Shown: piece after piece, positions 58,081 to 64,000 of the stretch
Layout: every line of letters begins with the position of its first letter
Numbering within the stretch: the first letter of the stretch is position 1
Origin: a virus
Lineage: Duplodnaviria > Caudoviricetes
DNA: 64,000 nucleotides
Virus record (IMG/VR): IMGVR_UViG_3300010882_000012
Strand: one strand, 5' to 3'
Made by a program: the position numbers and the translations under genes
The notes under the pieces: generated by a model
The model's input: only the letters and a program-made list of their open reading frames with translations
Database searches by the model: none
Told to the model about the DNA's origin: nothing

Positions 58081-58106
58081 AAAAAAGGAGATAAATTTAT
58101 CTCCTT
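58081..58106 (-). terminator. Terminator after tail tube gene
   Basis: AAGGAGATAAATTTATCTCCTT palindrome with T run on the minus strand. Confidence 0.8.
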
Positions 58107-58134
58107 AATTTTATAACATATTGTTATTCAAGAA

Positions 58135-58701
58135 CTAAAGCCATACTTCATCCCAGTCGTCTACTCGTAATTTATATCCAGTTACTCTGTAGATGTCATC
58201 GGATTCCCAATCAACATCATTTGGTCCAACTACTTGCGTCATTGGAATACAAACTTGATAAGTAATCTGTCTAAAGATGTCACCATTAGCATTAAACTGA
58301 GTAACAACCAATGGACCTCCATGATAATCACGTTTCATTCCCCATTTACCTGTCAACGGATTAAAAGCTAAATCTGACCATTGTCTAAGGGCTTTGTAGA
58401 CGTACATTGAATTACTATCATTAAGGTTAACCTCAAATTCTAATGTTAGATCATGAGAATTTTCCATTGGTTTACCACCAACATAGCTTCTGTGTGCACC
58501 TTTGTATGATTGTTGTTGGACGTTCATATCTCCATCTTGACTACCAAGAAGACCATCAATTTTGATGATGTTGTTCATTACTAATGGCCAGTCTGATATT
58601 CCACTTGGAGGAGTTATCATTACGTCAAAGTAAGCTTTAAACACCGGATCCCAGTGTTTCATTGCTGCAATTGAGTTTTTATAGTGAGGTAAACCTGCCA
58701 T
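58135..58701 (-). CDS. gp19: Tail tube protein (gp19-like)
   Basis: 188 aa directly after sheath; LRQWSDL..NPLTG, DY, G...R pattern. Confidence 0.8.
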   Translation of the reverse strand: MAGLPHYKNSIAAMKHWDPVFKAYFDVMITPPSGISDWPLVMNNIIKIDGLLGSQDGDMNVQQQSYKGAHRSYVGGKPMENSHDLTLEFEVNLNDSNSMYVYKALRQWSDLAFNPLTGKWGMKRDYHGGPLVVTQFNANGDIFRQITYQVCIPMTQVVGPNDVDWESDDIYRVTGYKLRVDDWDEVWL

Positions 58702-58741
58702 AATTTTCTATCTTTTTTTATCGTTTTGTTCAATTAAAATT

Positions 58742-58773
58742 AGGGAGATTAACTTTAGAGAATTAATCTCCCT
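58742..58773 (-). terminator. Hairpin between sheath and tube genes (attenuator or RNA-stability element)
   Basis: AGGGAGATTAA...TTAATCTCCCT. Confidence 0.55.
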
Positions 58774-58781
58774 TATTCTTA

Positions 58782-61700
58782 TTATGCTACTGTAAATCCT
58801 CCGGAGCTAATTGCACCAGTTTTCAATACAGTTACACGGTTAATCACTTTTTGTAATCCTCTTGCTGGTTCAATACCGATGTCGATAATACCAACATTTT
58901 GGTCAATAACTTCTGGAGTGTTGTTAGTTTCGTCCATAATTACCATAAAGTCGTAAATTCCACCTGCATTTCTTACAGTTTGCAAGTATCCATCTACAAT
59001 TGTTCTAATTTCAAGGCGTGTGCTAGCATCATTAAATTCAAAGATGTAGTTGCTCAAAATATCCTCTACAGTTTCTTCAATAGTAATCAACAAGTCTCTC
59101 ACATGCAAGTTGTTAAAAGCTGTCAAAGTACGTTGATAAGCTGTTTGGTTGCCATAGATCATAGGTCCAGTTTTCTTTGTGGTAATAATTGGATTTAATC
59201 CCATCGGTTCAATCCATTCACGGTCTGTTAACAAGTATTCATACTCAAGACCTGTCAATTTAGGATTACTCAAAATACCACGTCTTGGGCCAGCTGTAAT
59301 TACGTATGGTTGTCCATTGATGAACTTACGCACAAAGTTGTTTGAAACGTCAGCTGCTGGCGGAATCATTTTGTTTTTGTTTTGTTCGTAGATCTTCAAG
59401 AATGGAGTGAAAACACCACAGAATCTTGCACCATTTTCATCATCTGGTAAACTAAATCTGAATGATGGTCCTAAGCTTAAGTTACCACCTGTAGAGATGT
59501 ACTCAGTTCTTAATAATGGTTTTGGTTCTCCAAGATCTGGTCTTGGTTCATCAGTAAATCTAGGATCTGTTGATTGGATAAACTCTGAAATTGATGGAGC
59601 ATTAAGTAAAGCCATACATTTCAGTCTGCGTTTTGCAAGACGTGAAAGAATTGCTTTAGGTCCCATCATAGGTTCCAAACCACCTGCAAAAGTATCTACT
59701 ATGTAACGGAAAGAAATCAATTCTTTGTCAACTAAAGTAGCACCTAAATTAGTATCTTCAATTACGCCATAAATCTTCCAAAGTTGGTCACGACCACCAG
59801 GCATATGATAAGTTGTAATTGTAAAACCATTAAGAGCCGTAAATTGAAGATGATGTGCTATTTGTGGAATTGGTAACATTCTGTTAACAAAACTTACGCC
59901 TGCTTCATCAGTGTAAATTTCAACCGGTTCATTAACTTGAATTTCAAATTCAGTAAATCCTGTAGTTGCATTAGCACGTTTAATTTTATTGATAACCTTA
60001 GTCAATCTTGTTTCACCACCAGCTACATTAATATCCACGGCTAAATAATGCCCTACTTCAATATCAAGTGCATTTGCTGCATTTACTCTGAAAATTGTTT
60101 TGCTAGCATTCAAAGTACCATCAATAACAGGGACGTTTTGTTGGATTTTTGCTGCTGCCGATTGTATTGCGATGTAAGTTGGTGCTTGTAATGGATCACC
60201 GTCTCTATCTACTATCAAACCATGTTCTTCTGCAATATCTAACCATTCATCAACTAAGTGGTCTGTTTGAATACCTGCACGAATCCAAGAACCTGTATCC
60301 ATTTTGATAAGATCTGCAAAAGTATCAATTGGTGTATTCAATTCTGGATTAGCCCATTGTCTAATTCTTTGAACAGGAAGACCATAAAGACCAATTGCCG
60401 GCGCGAATGAGAAGTATCTAAGATCGGTAAGTTGTTCATTTGCAAACGCATAGTCACCATCAATTATTGAACGATTAACAATTTCGTCAAACAATTTGTT
60501 ACCAGGATAAACATCAATAGAAAATTTTTCACCTATTGCATTTTGCCATACGTCTTCGATGTAAGATGATTTGAAAATGAATTGCATACCTTCTTCAAGA
60601 TTTGGCATATAGTTCATTGCTGCTTCACCATTACAGTAAGTTACTTGACGATTTTCTAAAGTATTAGGTTGGGCTATACCACCAACAATAGGGCTGGCTG
60701 GAATACCAATTTCACCATTCAACCAATACTTAAACCAATTTAAGTGGATATCTGTTGTTGGTACATCTGCCATTAATTCTTCAAGAGTTTTGTAGAACTC
60801 AACTCTGTAATCAGTGTAAGAAACAGATGGATCTGGAATCATAGCTGGTACACTTGGATCAACTATTTCGCCTTGTGCTACCGGATTTGGTAAAAATTCA
60901 TACTCATTTTCTGTTCCTGGAGTTTCATCCCATACTTGTCCTTCGCCTCCTGGAAATGTTATACTATCCCAAGTTCCATTAAGTACTGTAGGTTTCCAAG
61001 CTGGATCTGGAATCATCGATGGATAAGCTAGATTAGGCACCATTGTTACAGTACTTGCTGCTTCACCGTCTTTTACTACCATGTAACGATTGTATCCTTT
61101 AACGTAAATCATGTCGAACTGACTGATAAACTGAGGAGGTCTCATTGTAGGTCCGTCAAGTGCAAAAGTATTATCAGGAAATACCATAGTGAGCTTTTGC
61201 TCAGTCGGATCAATATCTTTAATTGTAATACCATCCCAAATACCTGACCACTCTTCATTCTTAGTAGGATTTGAAAGCACTAATTCTAAAGCATTTCCAG
61301 TGCTTGTTACACTATCAACTTTAAGATATCCATTTTTGTTCAAAATAGCACCAGGGAAAGTTCCACCTTCACCAGTATCAGGATCAGCATCACCTGCTTC
61401 CATTACTCTTGAACCATATGCTTTAATCAAACTGTTAGAATTCAATACTGTTGCTAATTTAGTGTAATCTGAAACAGTAAATTGTTGTCCAGGAGCTAAC
61501 ATCTTAGGTCTTGGAATAACTAAAGTATTGAAGAACGGGCTTGAATTGTTTGTGTATGGTAATGATTTTACAAAAACATTTTGTTGTTTACCATTTACTT
61601 CATTAAAATCGGGTTCTGCAAAGTTAGTAGTTTCTGTTTCATCAATAATTGAATAATGAGAACTAAAAAACAACTCATCTGTAATAGGTCCAACATAACT

Positions 61701-62684
61701 CAAAAAGTTCATTGAAGATTTAGTAGAACCAATTAAAGAGTGTCCTATTAAGTCAAGTTTCCAATCTGAATTTTCATAGTCATCAAACATTGCACGATTT
61801 ACTACACAGAAAAGACCTGTTGTTCCTACTGTATTGTTCACAATATTTTCAATAAAATGGTTAACACCATTTCTATCTGTAAAATCTGGAATAATACAAC
61901 CTGTCATGTTTGCTACTAAAGTTACAGTATCATCCGTAATAAAGTACTCAATCATTTCGGTTTTAATACCATTAGCATCAAAGAATCTTGAATACAATGG
62001 ATCAATTGATAATGTTTCATAATTAGTCCAATCTCCTTCAACTACAATAACATCCAAAAAATAGTCTGAGATATAGTCAAATTCCTTAATAAAATCAGGA
62101 ACATTACCAGATCCATAGAATTCTCTTGCTGTAATATCAAAACCTTTAATGTTTCTTGCTTTTCTGATTAAAATCGAAAGTGGTCTTTGACTAAAATTAG
62201 TAAAAGAGAATAGCATATCTCTTGTAATTGGATTTAAATCTACAATAGCTTGAAAATAGCTTGTATCTGGAAACCAGAATCTTTCTTTATTGTAAAAACT
62301 TGCTATCAATTCTCTCGAAACATTTGCATTATCCTGTGTAATACTTGTCGAAAATGGACGGTACTCAATTTTGTCTCCTGTTGGCGTATTATCAAGAGCC
62401 AACAAATTCAAGGCATAAACAGGACCAGTTTGAAGACATGTCTCAATACTTCTATGGAAGAATGAACCTCTCTTTTCAAGAATAGTATCAACTTCTCCAA
62501 ATATCTGACGTGCTGATTTAACATCTCTTAAAAACACCGGCGCGTTGAATGGACCTCTACGAGAAAAACCAACTACAAGTCTAATCGTTTGAGTACTCAC
62601 TGTAATACTTTCACTCGCGTCAAATTCCACAGTATAAACACCTGCTGCTCTGAACTGATTAAGGTCTAAAGTTAATTTAGCCAT
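58782..62684 (-). CDS. gp18: Contractile tail sheath protein with large internal insertions
   Basis: AGVYTVEFD, GFSRRGPFNAP, AGPRRG, NPI, FEFND, DETNNTPEVID. Confidence 0.93.
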   Translation of the reverse strand: MAKLTLDLNQFRAAGVYTVEFDASESITVSTQTIRLVVGFSRRGPFNAPVFLRDVKSARQIFGEVDTILEKRGSFFHRSIETCLQTGPVYALNLLALDNTPTGDKIEYRPFSTSITQDNANVSRELIASFYNKERFWFPDTSYFQAIVDLNPITRDMLFSFTNFSQRPLSILIRKARNIKGFDITAREFYGSGNVPDFIKEFDYISDYFLDVIVVEGDWTNYETLSIDPLYSRFFDANGIKTEMIEYFITDDTVTLVANMTGCIIPDFTDRNGVNHFIENIVNNTVGTTGLFCVVNRAMFDDYENSDWKLDLIGHSLIGSTKSSMNFLSYVGPITDELFFSSHYSIIDETETTNFAEPDFNEVNGKQQNVFVKSLPYTNNSSPFFNTLVIPRPKMLAPGQQFTVSDYTKLATVLNSNSLIKAYGSRVMEAGDADPDTGEGGTFPGAILNKNGYLKVDSVTSTGNALELVLSNPTKNEEWSGIWDGITIKDIDPTEQKLTMVFPDNTFALDGPTMRPPQFISQFDMIYVKGYNRYMVVKDGEAASTVTMVPNLAYPSMIPDPAWKPTVLNGTWDSITFPGGEGQVWDETPGTENEYEFLPNPVAQGEIVDPSVPAMIPDPSVSYTDYRVEFYKTLEELMADVPTTDIHLNWFKYWLNGEIGIPASPIVGGIAQPNTLENRQVTYCNGEAAMNYMPNLEEGMQFIFKSSYIEDVWQNAIGEKFSIDVYPGNKLFDEIVNRSIIDGDYAFANEQLTDLRYFSFAPAIGLYGLPVQRIRQWANPELNTPIDTFADLIKMDTGSWIRAGIQTDHLVDEWLDIAEEHGLIVDRDGDPLQAPTYIAIQSAAAKIQQNVPVIDGTLNASKTIFRVNAANALDIEVGHYLAVDINVAGGETRLTKVINKIKRANATTGFTEFEIQVNEPVEIYTDEAGVSFVNRMLPIPQIAHHLQFTALNGFTITTYHMPGGRDQLWKIYGVIEDTNLGATLVDKELISFRYIVDTFAGGLEPMMGPKAILSRLAKRRLKCMALLNAPSISEFIQSTDPRFTDEPRPDLGEPKPLLRTEYISTGGNLSLGPSFRFSLPDDENGARFCGVFTPFLKIYEQNKNKMIPPAADVSNNFVRKFINGQPYVITAGPRRGILSNPKLTGLEYEYLLTDREWIEPMGLNPIITTKKTGPMIYGNQTAYQRTLTAFNNLHVRDLLITIEETVEDILSNYIFEFNDASTRLEIRTIVDGYLQTVRNAGGIYDFMVIMDETNNTPEVIDQNVGIIDIGIEPARGLQKVINRVTVLKTGAISSGGFTVA

Positions 62685-62727
62685 ATTGTTAGAATTTTTT
62701 TAAATTTTCTTAGTTATTAACTACTTC

Positions 62728-62806
62728 TTACTATTTATTCCAGATTATTTTAGAATATCTAATAATTTTTTAGCCTAACATCTTTTACTATTTATTCCAA
62801 TATTTT
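62728..62806 (-). promoter_or_regulatory. Tandem putative late promoters upstream of sheath
   Basis: Reverse-complement AAAATAATCTGGAATAAATAGTAA (62728-62751) and AAAATATTGGAATAAATAGTAAAA (62783-62806). Confidence 0.78.
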
Positions 62807-64000
62807 TTCAACTTTTTCACTTTTTATTAAAATCACAAATTCTTTATTTTCTCCAAAATTACTTTTATTTATTATTTCTTCAGTAATAAAATCTTTATAT
62901 TTTTCTGTTTTATCTACAACAAAAAGATATGAAGAACATTTAAAATTCTTTAAACATATATTTATCCATTCATCACAACTTAAATCTTTTTGTCCTTCTA
63001 TCCAAACTTCTTTAAGATTATAAGGAGGACAAGTAAACAAACAGTCATAAGATCCTTTTGATTTTATTATATCTTTACATTTTAATTGAACCTTGTTATT
63101 TAACTTTAAAAAATCTATCATATTTTTACTTTCTTTTATATGAATTTCATTTATATCTTGACCAATATAATTCTTATTTAAAGAAATTGTACCTAACATT
63201 CTACCAGAATAACCTGAAAATGGATCAAAAATTGTATTAAATTCATTAAGATATTTTTCAATTAATTGTTTAGCTCGCCATGCTTTAAAAGTTGTTACTT
63301 TCTGACAAATTTTTGAAATATGAAATCCTTCTAATATTCTATTTGGATCAATATTATTTTTATAAATAAGTCTATTTTTAATAACTTTCATAAGTAATTT
63401 ATCATCAAACCATGCTTCATATGGACTCAAATTATCTTTTTTTGCATGCCAAATAGAATGATGAAAATGACGAATAAGATTTGAACCTATTAAAGCTTTT
63501 TCTTTAAACAAAGTATATTTACAAAGTTCATCAAAACTTTTTTGTAAAACTTTTTCATTATATTTAGGATATGGAAATTCTATAGATCTACACCAATTAA
63601 AAATATCTTGAATATACTCATCATAATTCATTTCTAAAACTTTAAAAAGTTCTTTAACTCCTTCTTCAAATTGAGTTTCTATTATAGAAATAAATTTTAC
63701 GTTTTCAGGAATAAAATTTAATCTTTCAATATCACGTTCTATATTTACACGAATACCATCTTGATCTGAAAGATAACCGTGCCAATATAATCCATCACAT
63801 TCAATAAGAGCTTTTAAATTATTTTTATCATCAAAAATTGCAAAATCAAATTCTTTTATTTTATTTTTATCTTCAATTAAATAATGATGTTCAAATTTTA
63901 TATTTCTATTAATTAATAATTCTATAAGTTTTTTTTCTAAACGAGAAAATTGTCCTTCTTTTGTAACTTTATCTCTAAAACTTTTTGAATGCATAAGATG
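62792..64000 (-). CDS. Second endonuclease-methyltransferase fusion (5' end off window), paralog of 55963-57987
   Basis: IECDGLYWHG, FDPFSGYSGR, FTCPPY; frame stays open to the window edge. Confidence 0.78.
   Translation of the reverse strand, partial: HLMHSKSFRDKVTKEGQFSRLEKKLIELLINRNIKFEHHYLIEDKNKIKEFDFAIFDDKNNLKALIECDGLYWHGYLSDQDGIRVNIERDIERLNFIPENVKFISIIETQFEEGVKELFKVLEMNYDEYIQDIFNWCRSIEFPYPKYNEKVLQKSFDELCKYTLFKEKALIGSNLIRHFHHSIWHAKKDNLSPYEAWFDDKLLMKVIKNRLIYKNNIDPNRILEGFHISKICQKVTTFKAWRAKQLIEKYLNEFNTIFDPFSGYSGRMLGTISLNKNYIGQDINEIHIKESKNMIDFLKLNNKVQLKCKDIIKSKGSYDCLFTCPPYNLKEVWIEGQKDLSCDEWINICLKNFKCSSYLFVVDKTEKYKDFITEEIINKSNFGENKEFVILIKSEKVEKILE

Noticed and set aside
652-63240. Short antisense or nested ORFs in the ORF track (e.g. 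652-903, 12974-13336, 51386-51883, 58899-62465)
   Set aside because: Shadow frames of long, well-supported genes with no motifs or expression signals
1-64000. Stop-codon reassignment (TAG or TGA) as in some jumbo phages
   Set aside because: Conserved genes are full length in the standard code, and the TAG stops checked are followed by out-of-frame starts
1-64000. tRNA, tmRNA or rRNA genes
   Set aside because: No cloverleaf or T-loop signatures seen in the few short intergenic gaps; tRNAscan-SE or Infernal would be decisive

Overview
AT-rich segment of a large T4-like (myovirus/jumbo) phage genome in the standard genetic code. Two TAnnTTT(G/A)-type promoters suggest a Bacteroidota host. Replication and recombination genes: gp32 SSB, primase, UvsY-like, UvsW, dUTPase, class II RNR, NAD-dependent ligase, topoisomerase II, sliding clamp, gp46/47. 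Morphogenesis genes: gp15, gp55, gp4, gp2, portal, tube, sheath. Main observations: (1) a ~10.6 kb late operon (6848-17403) in which about 10 proteins carry an N-terminal motif resembling the T4 capsid-targeting sequence, including a HIGH-motif nucleotidyltransferase and a KxDG ligase-fold enzyme, i.e. a probable virion-packaged, injected enzyme set; (2) UvsX/RecA and the gp41 helicase are both fractured at the Walker A loop by atypically split inteins (26- and 47-aa N-halves) with a free-standing endonuclease gene between the halves; (3) family B polymerase is encoded in two genes 16 kb apart; (4) two paralogous endonuclease-methyltransferase fusions flank the sheath/tube pair; (5) three promoter classes and a shared C-terminal xxLF putative clamp-binding tail. 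All family assignments come from motif recognition by eye; no database searches were run.
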